IMG/VR virus record: IMGVR_UViG_3300031772_000004
Coordinates: 1-42,709 of that record
DNA: 42,709 nt
Strand: one strand, 5' to 3'
Origin: a virus
Taxonomy: Duplodnaviria; Heunggongvirae; Uroviricota; Caudoviricetes
Part shown: piece by piece, positions 1 to 9,545 of the stretch
Numbering within the stretch: the stretch's first letter is position 1
How the letters are laid out: each line of letters opens with the position of its first letter
Notes under the pieces: model-generated
Told to the model about the DNA's origin: nothing
Seen by the model: the letters and a program-made list of their open reading frames with translations, nothing else
Databases searched by the model: none
Made by a program: the position numbers and the translations under genes

Positions 1-12
1 CAAGACAATTGG

Positions 13-678
13 GTGGAAAAAACAGGCCAATTGGATATGTTTAATGGTCCCCTTGATGAATCTAAACTGAAACTTAAAGAACAAATAAAGAAAATGATAA
101 ATGAAGCGGGGGAAGAACCAGAACCAGGCTTGGAATTGCTAGGACCTGTTAATGCAAAATTTCACGCAGAAGACACTGTGACCATAGAAGATTTTACATT
201 GCAGATTAAGATGATCTATAATTCGTTCAATACACGGCCTCATGATGAAGATTTGACTACAAATCATTATAAATTTGTTGGACATACTAGAGATGGAAAA
301 GCTTTTGGAGGATTGATTCCTGTTATATTATTAGATGGTGATGGCAAAAAATTTGATAAACAATTAAATTTTCCGGGAATGCCAACAGGACACAATGAAC
401 AAATCAGAGAGAATACTGAAGCCGAACTATCATTGGGTAAAGTTGTTGCAAAATTTAGAATTGGAGACAAGCTTCACTTCGGCCATAGAGGTATAATTAT
501 AAGAATAAAAAAAATAATACAACTTAGATCAAGTTATACAGAAACCGACATAGACCATTATATGATTGATGCAAAAACACCAGATTCAAAATATTTTGAG
601 GGATTTATTCCTGTTGTAATTGCAGATGCAATAGGAAAAAAATACAGAAATGTACCATATAATTATGGTTGGAAATAA
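13..678 (+). CDS. Hypothetical protein with an internally duplicated ~35-aa module; probably 5'-truncated by the window edge
   Basis: The frame is open back to base 1 (CAA GAC AAT TGG GTG...). Two similar segments: NHYKFVGHTRDGKAFGGLIPVILLDGDGKKF and DHYMIDAKTPDSKYFEGFIPVVIADAIGKKY. Confidence 0.7.
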   Translation: MEKTGQLDMFNGPLDESKLKLKEQIKKMINEAGEEPEPGLELLGPVNAKFHAEDTVTIEDFTLQIKMIYNSFNTRPHDEDLTTNHYKFVGHTRDGKAFGGLIPVILLDGDGKKFDKQLNFPGMPTGHNEQIRENTEAELSLGKVVAKFRIGDKLHFGHRGIIIRIKKIIQLRSSYTETDIDHYMIDAKTPDSKYFEGFIPVVIADAIGKKYRNVPYNYGWK

Positions 679-687
679 CAAGATAGA

Positions 688-1962
688 TTGATGAGAACGA
701 TTGCAATATATCCTGGACGATGGCAACCTTGGCATAAAGGTCATAAGGCAAGTTATGATTATTTAGTTGCTCAATATGGTCTTGAGAACGTTTATATTAC
801 ATCCACGGATGTTACAGATTCATATAAATCTCCATTTACATTTGAAGAAAAGAAAGAGATGATGGTATTATCAGGAATTCCTGCTGATAAGATTCTTTTG
901 GTAAAGCAACAATACAATTTAAAAGCGGTTGCGCCATTAATAGCTGGATTTAATATGAATACCGATAGAGTATTATTTGCTATATCAAGAAAGGATATGT
1001 TAAGCGACCCACGATTTAATAATTTTATGTTAAAAAGCGGACAGCCTGCTTATTTGCAGCCTGCTCCAGAAGATGTTACAAAAATTGAGCCAGCCGTAAA
1101 GCATGGTTATCTGATAGTAGTACCAACTAAGATGTTTTCGGTATTAGGAAATGCGGTGAAATCTGCATCAGGTTTAAGGGATATGTATAAGAAACTTACG
1201 CCTGAGAAAAAGAAACAATTTATAATTGATTTATTTGGTAAATTTGACAAGAATGTTTTTACTATGTTGAATAATAAATTGAGTGGAAACATTAAATTAA
1301 AACCTATTGCTGAAGCCCTTTTGGAAGCACATGGAGAATATAAAGGTTGGAAATTAACCTATTATCCAATTGGTTCGCAACACTGGAAAGCAAGTCGCTT
1401 TGGTGTAAATATGTGTGCGAATTCAAAAGAATTGTTAATACAAATGATTGATAATAGAAAAGACGATTTAAAAGAAGATGAGAGCAAACCACTTGAATCT
1501 GGTTGGTATGAATACAGAATACTTGGTATTGCGCCTGAAGTACCAGAGGGACATGAATTTCGTAGCAAAATAGCTGATTTGGAAAATCATCCCTACTTAT
1601 GGGCAGATGAGTGCCCATACTCATTTCGTGACCGTGGCCAAATAAGTGTAAAAAAGAATGATGCATTAAAAGAAGATGATGGGGAAATTGCTCCGCATTC
1701 AAAAGATGCACAAAGAGCAAATGTTTTAGCTGCTACACAAATGATTAAAGCAAAGCAATTCAATACTAAAGATGCTCAAGATTCTTTAAAAACCGCAAAA
1801 GATAAATTTTTAAATACAAAATCGACAGATGAACCGGATGTAGTAGACCGAGCAAAGGAAACAATGAAGCAAAAGGAATTATCTTTAAAAGCGCAAAAAA
1901 ACAATTTAGCCGCTGCGCAAAAGAAATTAGTAGCAGTTAAACAAGGAAGTCCATTGTCATGA
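688..1962 (+). CDS. Cytidylyltransferase-like (HIGH-motif) nucleotidyltransferase with unrelated C-terminal modules
   Basis: N-terminal IAIYPGRWQPWHKGH matches the HIGH-superfamily (F/Y)xGxFxPxHxGH motif, and KSASGLRD resembles the SSTxxR motif. The C-terminal ~200 aa were not recognised. Confidence 0.75.
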   Translation: MMRTIAIYPGRWQPWHKGHKASYDYLVAQYGLENVYITSTDVTDSYKSPFTFEEKKEMMVLSGIPADKILLVKQQYNLKAVAPLIAGFNMNTDRVLFAISRKDMLSDPRFNNFMLKSGQPAYLQPAPEDVTKIEPAVKHGYLIVVPTKMFSVLGNAVKSASGLRDMYKKLTPEKKKQFIIDLFGKFDKNVFTMLNNKLSGNIKLKPIAEALLEAHGEYKGWKLTYYPIGSQHWKASRFGVNMCANSKELLIQMIDNRKDDLKEDESKPLESGWYEYRILGIAPEVPEGHEFRSKIADLENHPYLWADECPYSFRDRGQISVKKNDALKEDDGEIAPHSKDAQRANVLAATQMIKAKQFNTKDAQDSLKTAKDKFLNTKSTDEPDVVDRAKETMKQKELSLKAQKNNLAAAQKKLVAVKQGSPLS

Positions 1963-2978
1963 AATTATTAGGTTTAATACCCAATACTTGCTTTAACATA
2001 TTGACCGAAGGAATGGAATCGGATTATTATGTTAAGAAAACCACTCCCGACGAGGTTGCTGATTTATTATTGCGTGGCCATTATCTTGAAGCGTGGCCGT
2101 TTGCTGGCTCCGATTTTAAAAATTACATTTATGGAATTTACATTAGAAGCTCGGCAAATAAAACTGCCTTGCTTGGACTTGATGTAGCCACTAATGATTC
2201 TTTGGTGGGCTGTGTGGTTTATGGTTATGCAGAACCTCATGCATCTTCTTATGTTTCCAAATGGGTGCGTGGCTTATTAAATCCTGATGAAACAGTTGAT
2301 TCAATCTATGATAATTTAAGAAATATTGTAAAGAAAGATTCCGAAGAAGAAGTAAAAGCAAAGCAACGCGGTTATGAATATAAGTCAAAAGCAAAGCCGG
2401 TTGTATTAAATTTGTTGAATTCGACGAATATTCAAGACGCTCAAATTCTTGAGCTTAAACGATTGTATATTCTTCCAAAATTTGACACAAAAAATATAGA
2501 ATCATTTTCTATTGCTAAGGCCAATGAATTTATTTTTCAAGACAATCCAATGGTGCAAGCTATTTTGTCATTTTCCGATTCAAGAGTGGGTCACCACGGA
2601 GGAATTTATCAGGCAACAAATGCGGTATATGCAGGAATAACAAAACACAAATTACATCGGTATGTATACCTACGGGATAGTCTGACCAATTTAATCAAGA
2701 AATACCGAACGGCTTATGATGAATTAGTGTTTAATTATCCAAAGAAAGATGACCTTAAAATTCCTATACAAAAATTGGGACCGGTCGATGATAAAACAAA
2801 AGGTGAGCGAGCATCTTTAGTAGCATTAAAGACTAAATTGGCCAGTTTAACTGACCCAGCATTAAAGACAGCGTATCAAAATGTAATAAAGCACCTTGAG
2901 CAGCCAGAACAAGGTATGTTTGATCTTAGAAAACAGAAGAAACTGGCAGAAGATAATGATGAGGAAATAAACATATGA
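1959..2978 (+). CDS. Mom-like GNAT-fold (putative DNA-modifying) acetyltransferase, copy 1
   Basis: Motifs ELKRLY...KNIESFSI...ILSFSDSRVGHHGGIYQATNAVYAG are shared with ORFs 27955 and 40025 and resemble phage Mu Mom-family proteins. ATGA overlap with the upstream gene. Confidence 0.7.
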   Translation: MKLLGLIPNTCFNILTEGMESDYYVKKTTPDEVADLLLRGHYLEAWPFAGSDFKNYIYGIYIRSSANKTALLGLDVATNDSLVGCVVYGYAEPHASSYVSKWVRGLLNPDETVDSIYDNLRNIVKKDSEEEVKAKQRGYEYKSKAKPVVLNLLNSTNIQDAQILELKRLYILPKFDTKNIESFSIAKANEFIFQDNPMVQAILSFSDSRVGHHGGIYQATNAVYAGITKHKLHRYVYLRDSLTNLIKKYRTAYDELVFNYPKKDDLKIPIQKLGPVDDKTKGERASLVALKTKLASLTDPALKTAYQNVIKHLEQPEQGMFDLRKQKKLAEDNDEEINI

Positions 2979-3214
2979 ATAAACAAGGATTAAAACGATT
3001 GATAAGAGAAGTTATAGATGAAGAAGCGATCGAGAAGGTTGAATATGCGGTTTTGTATCGCGATGCTGGCAACCGTGGAATGAATACATCGAATAATCGT
3101 GCCCGCCTTTGTACAAAATCGGAGCTTGATAATATAATAAGAGATGCCTTGCCGCAAATTTCGAAGATATATAAGCTTACAGAAATTCCTATTAAATCTT
3201 CTAATTTAAATTAA
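2975..3214 (+). CDS. Small hypothetical protein with LKxLIxE leader
   Basis: ATGA overlap with the upstream gene; begins MNKQGLKRLIREVIDEE. Confidence 0.7.
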   Translation: MNKQGLKRLIREVIDEEAIEKVEYAVLYRDAGNRGMNTSNNRARLCTKSELDNIIRDALPQISKIYKLTEIPIKSSNLN

Positions 3215-3264
3215 TAATATAATAACTTGAAATTTTACCAAGTTAACTATATATTATTAAAGTT

Positions 3265-4149
3265 ATGGAAGACCAAAAAATAAATATCACACGCGGTAAT
3301 GTTGCGCCAACAACTACCAGTCCAAAAGTAGAAATTCCAAGTGCGGTTCGAGCCGCAATGCAAGCCTCTCAACCAGTTGAGAAACAAAAATATCCAAGCG
3401 AACCAATTGGTTTGCCATCGGAAGGTTTCTTTTATGATGAAGCTAGTCCACTTAGCAAAGGTACTGTAGATATTAAGTATATGACAGCTAAAGAGGAAGA
3501 TATACTTACTTCACAGAATCTTTTAAGAAAAGGTGTAGTGCTTGAGAGACTTCTTGAAAATCTTATTGTAACTCCTGGTGTAAAATTAAACGATATCTTA
3601 ATTGGTGATAAAAATGCGTTGTTTGTTGCAGCCCGCCGATTGGCTTATGGCGATAGTTATGGGCCGATTGAAATAACGTGCCGGGGCTGTGGCGAAGAGA
3701 ATAAGAAAACAGTAGATTTGTCTATTGTAAAGAATAAAGAATTTGATTTTTCAAGATTTACCAAAGGCCAAAATAGCTTTGAATTTGAATTGCCTATGTC
3801 AAAAAAGAGAATAATATATAAACTCTTGAACCACAAAGATGAAAGTGCAATTGATAATGAAATTACTGCTATGGCTAAAGCATCAAAAACAGGAACTTCT
3901 CCAGAAATAACCACAAGATTGAAAGCAATGATTGTGTCAATCGACGGAAATTCAGATAGAATGTATATTAACAAATATGTGGAGACAGAGTTGACTTCAC
4001 GAGATAGTTTAGCATTACGGCAGCAAGTGGCTGATAGTATGCCTAATGTTGATATGGAATTTGATTTTGTTTGTGACCATTGTAATCATAAAGAAAGGAT
4101 AGACATACCGCTCACGGTACAGTTTTTTTGGCCTAACACAAGAGTATAA
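3265..4149 (+). CDS. T4 gp26-like baseplate hub assembly / tail assembly chaperone
   Basis: LPSEGFFY...VDIKYMTAKEEDILTSQNLL motif, two CxxC pairs (CRGC, CDHC) and a terminal FFWP; lies directly upstream of the tape measure gene. Confidence 0.7.
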   Translation: MEDQKINITRGNVAPTTTSPKVEIPSAVRAAMQASQPVEKQKYPSEPIGLPSEGFFYDEASPLSKGTVDIKYMTAKEEDILTSQNLLRKGVVLERLLENLIVTPGVKLNDILIGDKNALFVAARRLAYGDSYGPIEITCRGCGEENKKTVDLSIVKNKEFDFSRFTKGQNSFEFELPMSKKRIIYKLLNHKDESAIDNEITAMAKASKTGTSPEITTRLKAMIVSIDGNSDRMYINKYVETELTSRDSLALRQQVADSMPNVDMEFDFVCDHCNHKERIDIPLTVQFFWPNTRV

Positions 4150-4345
4150 AGTTGGCCTTCACAAACAGTTGTTTGAGTTAAGTTATTTTAGTAATGGCGC
4201 AATAAATGTGGATATTGCGTATAACCTACCGATTCATATGCGCAATTTTTATTATCGGTTTCTCACCGAAATTAAAGAAAAAGAAGCGAAAGCACAAGAA
4301 AACCCTAATACTATATCACCGAAAGCTATAGCAAAACCCTTCTAA
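4124..4345 (+). CDS. Unannotated frameshift extension of the gp26-like chaperone (lambda G/GT-type second frame)
   Basis: The +1 frame is open from 4103 to TAA 4343-4345 and reads FFGLTQEYKVGLHKQLFELSYFSNGAINVDIAYNLPIHMRNFYYRFLTEIKEKEAKAQENPNTISPKAIAKPF. It overlaps the T7 run at 4123-4129 and has no ATG until 4238. Confidence 0.65.
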   Translation, partial: FFGLTQEYKVGLHKQLFELSYFSNGAINVDIAYNLPIHMRNFYYRFLTEIKEKEAKAQENPNTISPKAIAKPF

Positions 4346-4362
4346 CATAATATTTATATATT

Positions 4363-6969
4363 ATGGCTGATATAATAAAAACGGAGGACATTAAAAATAC
4401 TGAGGTTGGTCTTGACAAAGTTAGTAAAAAAGCGTCTGAGTTAAGAGATTTAATAAAAGAGCAAACTGTAGAATGGAAAAAAGTTGTTAGCCATGTTAAT
4501 GAATTAAAACGTTCAATGGGTATACATGTTGATTTAATGTCTAAGACAGAAAAAATCCAAGATAGAATACGCGGGACATTATCAGCAATTTCCAAGAGAA
4601 CTGTTGTTGAGACGATGATGCTCAGAGAAAAGAAAAAAATCTCTGATAGTATTATGTCCTTGGAGAACGCCCTTCTCATTGCAAAGAAAAGTGGAAGCCA
4701 GGAAACTATAGATGCGTTAGAATCGAGCCTAATTATAAACCGGAAGGACCAGAATCTGGCCACAGAGGGACTAGATCTAGCTCATAAAAGACTTGTGCAT
4801 GCCAAAAATGTGCTGAAGATTAAAGATGAAGAATATAAACTTGCTCTAAAAAATGAAAATTTAAAAGCTGGTGTCATTGCCGGAATGAGATCTATAGCAG
4901 GGTTGGCCGGTGAATCCGCGTCCGGAATGTCAAACTTTGTGAGTTCAATGAAGGAAGCCGGCAAGGCAGGTGGACCAATAGGATTAGCGTTACAATTTAT
5001 AGTAGAGGTTTTAAAATTTGGTTTTGCTAAATTTTTAGAAATTGATAAAGCGGCATTTGCTTTAAGAAAAGATTTTGGATTATTGCGCGATGAAAGCAAG
5101 ACTTATTTTAATATAATTAGAGATACTTCTGTTGAGATGATAGGATTTGGTGTTACCTCAGAAATTGCACAAAAATCTGTTAGTGCTATAGCCGACCAAT
5201 TTACAACCATACAGGCATTAGACAAAGATATGGTAAAACAAATGAGTTTAGTAAGTACTCAACTGGGAATTTCCGAGGAAACATCAGCTAAATTAAGCAA
5301 GACAATGGCAACAATGTCTGGCAAATCAACCAAAGAAGCATCCGCAAATATGATGTTATTTACAAGAGAAATGGCAAAGGCGGCAGGCGTGCCATTGGCT
5401 AAAGTATTAAAAGATATAGCAAATATTTCAGAAGACGTGCGTTTAACGTTTAGTGGTACAACCAAGAAGTTAGTTGAAAGTGTTGTTGAAGCTAGAAGAC
5501 TTGGTATATCAATTGATAGTATGGCAAAATCTTCTTCTAAACTTTTGCATTTTTATGATTCCGTAAATCAAGAAATGGAAGCTAGTGTGTTGTTTGGAAG
5601 AAACATAAATATGCAAGAAGCTCGACGATTGTCCTTTATTGGAGACATTGAGGGAGCAAACAAAGAAATATTGAGACAAGTTAGTATGCTTGGTGGTTTT
5701 GATAGAATGAATTATTTCCAAAAGAAGGCATTAGCAGATTTAACAGGTAAGAGTATTGAAGATTTACAAACAATGACGCAACGGGAAAAAGATATGAATA
5801 CGTTGCGTTCAACTGGAAATGCGGATGTACAAGCAGCTTTGCAGAAACAGGATGATGAAAAACGAAAACTGCAAAATTTGGATGAACATGGATTAGAATC
5901 CTTAGAAAAAACATTTTTAGCCGAAGTAAAGGCTAAAGATAATCGTGAAAAAATGGCCGCTCTGCAATCGAAATTTAATGAATTGATGATGAAATTGTCA
6001 GAGGTTTTTATACCGATTGCTGATGTATTATTATCACTTGCTATTAAAATAATGCCTGCTATTTCTATGACTGCTGTGGTGATTGGCACGTCTTTTAAGT
6101 ATATTGCAACATGGCTTAGGTTTATTGGACTTCACGGTGGCATTTTTAGTAAAATATTTACTCCGCTTAGTAGAATTGCACTTTTTGCGGCAAAATGGTT
6201 AGAACCTATTGGTTGGGTAATATTGGCACTTCAGGGTCTTGCAAGTTGGTATAAAAGAATATTTGGAGAAGGTGGAATACTTGACGATTTTAAGGGTAAA
6301 AATTTTGGTAAAGGATTTATAAAAGTGTTATCCTTACTTTTTGGTCCGGATTTAATCTATGACATTGTAGTAAAACCAATTTTAGAAGTATTTGAAGGAT
6401 TTGGCTTTGAATTTGCAAGAAAGTGGATTGATGGACTTGAAGCGGCGGGTGGAAAGATAAAGGATGCATTGGCGTATCCATTTGAATGGGCATGGAAAGA
6501 AATTAAAGATTGGTTTGGATATTCACCATCAAAACTGGGTTTATTAATTATTAAAGGTATATCTTCTGTTGGAAGAGAATTATTAAATATTTTAACAATG
6601 CCATTTAAAAATGCATGGCAATTTATTAAAGACATTTTTAGTGTGGGTGATATTGGCCAACACATTTTAGATGTATTTAGTTCAATTGGAGAAATATTAT
6701 ATGATATAATTATTGCGCCATTTAAACGGGGATTTGACTTTATTATGAGTCTTTTTCCGTCCGCATTTACAAGTGGTCCAACAATAGATTTAAATGCTCC
6801 ACCAACAGCTGTGACTTCTGCCACAACAACCGATCAACAAACTGTTTTGAATGAAAATACCGACAGAGTTGTTGACAAACTTGACGAATTGATTACACAA
6901 CTAAAAAATGGTGGAATTGCTGTATATCTTGATGGCAGACAAGTTAACAAACAGCTGGCCGCCCTTTAA
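4363..6969 (+). CDS. Tail tape measure protein
   Basis: 868 aa, helical Ala/Lys/Glu-rich N-half, Trp/Phe/Gly-periodic amphipathic C-half, terminal VYLDGRQV; sits between the chaperone and baseplate genes. Confidence 0.85.
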   Translation: MADIIKTEDIKNTEVGLDKVSKKASELRDLIKEQTVEWKKVVSHVNELKRSMGIHVDLMSKTEKIQDRIRGTLSAISKRTVVETMMLREKKKISDSIMSLENALLIAKKSGSQETIDALESSLIINRKDQNLATEGLDLAHKRLVHAKNVLKIKDEEYKLALKNENLKAGVIAGMRSIAGLAGESASGMSNFVSSMKEAGKAGGPIGLALQFIVEVLKFGFAKFLEIDKAAFALRKDFGLLRDESKTYFNIIRDTSVEMIGFGVTSEIAQKSVSAIADQFTTIQALDKDMVKQMSLVSTQLGISEETSAKLSKTMATMSGKSTKEASANMMLFTREMAKAAGVPLAKVLKDIANISEDVRLTFSGTTKKLVESVVEARRLGISIDSMAKSSSKLLHFYDSVNQEMEASVLFGRNINMQEARRLSFIGDIEGANKEILRQVSMLGGFDRMNYFQKKALADLTGKSIEDLQTMTQREKDMNTLRSTGNADVQAALQKQDDEKRKLQNLDEHGLESLEKTFLAEVKAKDNREKMAALQSKFNELMMKLSEVFIPIADVLLSLAIKIMPAISMTAVVIGTSFKYIATWLRFIGLHGGIFSKIFTPLSRIALFAAKWLEPIGWVILALQGLASWYKRIFGEGGILDDFKGKNFGKGFIKVLSLLFGPDLIYDIVVKPILEVFEGFGFEFARKWIDGLEAAGGKIKDALAYPFEWAWKEIKDWFGYSPSKLGLLIIKGISSVGRELLNILTMPFKNAWQFIKDIFSVGDIGQHILDVFSSIGEILYDIIIAPFKRGFDFIMSLFPSAFTSGPTIDLNAPPTAVTSATTTDQQTVLNENTDRVVDKLDELITQLKNGGIAVYLDGRQVNKQLAAL

Positions 6970-6999
6970 TAATTGAATTTGGTTGATATATATTAATGT

Positions 7000-9231
7000 A
7001 TGCCTATATCATTTACAAGTCAAATAGTCCAGACATATAATACTGCTGACCACAATAATTTATATCATAATTTCCCCAGTCCATACTCTGGCGGACAATC
7101 TTCCGCTCAATTGCTTAGTTTTGGATATAAACAGCCATATATTTACATTTATCCGGATGATGGCCATAAAGGTTTAAATCGACTAAAACGATATGAAAAT
7201 CAAGCATTGCCGCTTGGTTCTGGTCACCAAGATTTACTTAGAATTTCTCGGTTCTTTGCTTCTGGATATGGTGCTACTTTTTTATTAAATCAAACATTTT
7301 TGCAGTCCAGCCAAGCATTTAATGAAACAAGACTTTATAATCCATTATTGCCTATTCAGGCCGCTCTACGTCCTGCATCTATGTTTTTGATACCACGGCC
7401 ATCACGTTCTATTGATGTTTCTAGTCCTTTAGGCATACTTGGTACATTTACAAATGGATTGATTGGCGGGGCTGGACATAATCCAGTTTCAGGAACAACA
7501 AAAAATATTCCGAGTAATTTACCTAATAGCACCGCTGCATATTCGGGATTAATACGATTTGGCACTGCAAGAAAAGGAGCGGTCCACTTTAATAGTGTTT
7601 ATGCTTCAACGGCAAATATTAGTAATTTATTTTCAAATGCAATAAGTCAATTAGCTGGACCGGTTGCAGCTATATCTAATACAATAACAGGAATAATGTC
7701 ACCATTTAGCAATCCGATTCAGTTGACAGTTGGTGGGAAACCAGCTTTATATAGAGCCGACGAAGATGCATATACTGTATTAATTTCTGATATGAGTTCT
7801 AAAATGGCAGACCAAAGTCATGAAAAAGCGTTAAATGTTCAGAAATATACTAATACTCTTTTAGCTAGAGGTCCATGGAATTCTCCGTCTTTAATTCCTG
7901 GAACATATGAATATATAAATTCCAACAATCGCTCGGCAGTTTCTCCATTAGAGAAAAAATTATCAGAATATGATCCTGATATTCTTGACCCAAAGAATAG
8001 CAATACAGTAGTTGAAAATTATAGTCAAATATCAAGAGAGAATGAAATAATTAAACAACTGAAGAAATTATTGACCAATATAAGTCCGGATTATAGTAAA
8101 AGTGAGTATAGTTTGAATAATTTAACCATAGTAAACACAAATAGAGAAAATGGTATTGATAAAATTTATAAATATGATGCTTATAGTGCTCCTAAAAATG
8201 GATATGAAAATAATTATAAATTATTAAATGAAAGAGATGTTCTTAGCAGTCAAAATTTTAAGGGATTTCCTGGGTCAGGCCAAGTAGATAAAATTAATAT
8301 ATTAACAGTTTTGGAAAAAGATAAATTTGATACAGCTAATTCATACCAACCTTATAATGATGATCAGATAGCATTTTATTTTCACGATTTTGTAAATGAC
8401 AGATATATTCCATTTAGAGCAACAGTAAAAGGTATATCAGAAAATGCAGCAGCAGAATGGGATATGATTACATATGTAGGACGTGCGGATAAATTATACA
8501 ATTATAAAGGATTTACAAGACAATTAAATTTTGGTTTCCATGTAATTGCTAATAGCATAAAAGAATTATTACCAATGTGGACTAGAATAAATTATTTAGC
8601 TACATGTGTTAAACCATCAGGATATAAGGATATAGAATTTAATGTAGAAAGTGAGAATTTAAAATATACCTCTAAATTTGTTATACCACCATTGATGGCA
8701 GTTACAATTGGAGATTTCTATAAAGAGCAACCAATTATAATTCAAACAATAGCAATAACAATTCCTGATGATGCATTATGGGAAACATTATCAGAAAAAT
8801 ATGCGAAAAATAATAATTGGACATATCTACAAGATAGAATAATATGGAATGATTCGCACAATAGATATGCTCAATTTCCAAGAGAATGTGAAATACAAAT
8901 AACATCAAATGTTCTTGAACAATCATTTCCACAAATTGGCAAGCATAATTTTGGTGGCTTTAATTCTCCTGTTGGAAGTTTTTCAAAACAACTTATTGTT
9001 GGACAAGACTCTACTATTTCGGTATTTACGCCAACATTGAATTCTAAAGGCATAAAAAATGCTTCTCCTGGAACACCACGGGTTATTGTTCAATTACCAA
9101 CAGAAGATCCGTTGAATACAGCTTTACCTTTCTTGCCAAAGGCGCCTCCGAACATTCCATTGTTGATAAATGGCAATCCTAATCCGTTTGGTAATCTTGG
9201 TGGTGTGGGACCCCTTGGCGGAGGACAATAA
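7000..9231 (+). CDS. Baseplate / tail-tube-initiator-like structural protein
   Basis: Follows the tape measure gene. The central-to-C-terminal domain IPFRATVKGISE...WDMITYVGRADKLYNYKGFTRQLNFGF resembles tube-initiator folds (T4 gp48/gp54, P2 gpU-like). Confidence 0.55.
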   Translation: MPISFTSQIVQTYNTADHNNLYHNFPSPYSGGQSSAQLLSFGYKQPYIYIYPDDGHKGLNRLKRYENQALPLGSGHQDLLRISRFFASGYGATFLLNQTFLQSSQAFNETRLYNPLLPIQAALRPASMFLIPRPSRSIDVSSPLGILGTFTNGLIGGAGHNPVSGTTKNIPSNLPNSTAAYSGLIRFGTARKGAVHFNSVYASTANISNLFSNAISQLAGPVAAISNTITGIMSPFSNPIQLTVGGKPALYRADEDAYTVLISDMSSKMADQSHEKALNVQKYTNTLLARGPWNSPSLIPGTYEYINSNNRSAVSPLEKKLSEYDPDILDPKNSNTVVENYSQISRENEIIKQLKKLLTNISPDYSKSEYSLNNLTIVNTNRENGIDKIYKYDAYSAPKNGYENNYKLLNERDVLSSQNFKGFPGSGQVDKINILTVLEKDKFDTANSYQPYNDDQIAFYFHDFVNDRYIPFRATVKGISENAAAEWDMITYVGRADKLYNYKGFTRQLNFGFHVIANSIKELLPMWTRINYLATCVKPSGYKDIEFNVESENLKYTSKFVIPPLMAVTIGDFYKEQPIIIQTIAITIPDDALWETLSEKYAKNNNWTYLQDRIIWNDSHNRYAQFPRECEIQITSNVLEQSFPQIGKHNFGGFNSPVGSFSKQLIVGQDSTISVFTPTLNSKGIKNASPGTPRVIVQLPTEDPLNTALPFLPKAPPNIPLLINGNPNPFGNLGGVGPLGGGQ

Positions 9232-9244
9232 TTAAAGATAATAT

Positions 9245-9541
9245 ATGACACGATATCAAACAAATAGAAATATTAAACTATCTTTTGATGGTAATAGATT
9301 TTTTGGGACACGAACATATCCGATTATTGCTCCCCGAGATGATGATACTTTGTATATAACCAATGACACTGATTATTTAGATTCATTAGCATATAAGTTT
9401 TATAAAGATAGTAGTTTATGGTGGGTAATTGCTTTAGTAAACAATATAGGAACGGGAAGATTAAGCATAGAGCCGGGCACACAATTAAGAATCCCAATAA
9501 ATGTGGAAAATGTAGTGAATGCTTTTAATGGATTAAATTAA
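9245..9541 (+). CDS. LysM-domain baseplate wedge protein (T4 gp53 / P2 gpX-like)
   Basis: DYLDSLAYKFYKDSSLWWVIALVNNI...IEPGTQLRIP is a typical LysM/gpX signature; 98 aa; baseplate context. Confidence 0.8.
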   Translation: MTRYQTNRNIKLSFDGNRFFGTRTYPIIAPRDDDTLYITNDTDYLDSLAYKFYKDSSLWWVIALVNNIGTGRLSIEPGTQLRIPINVENVVNAFNGLN

Positions 9542-9545
9542 TGTT

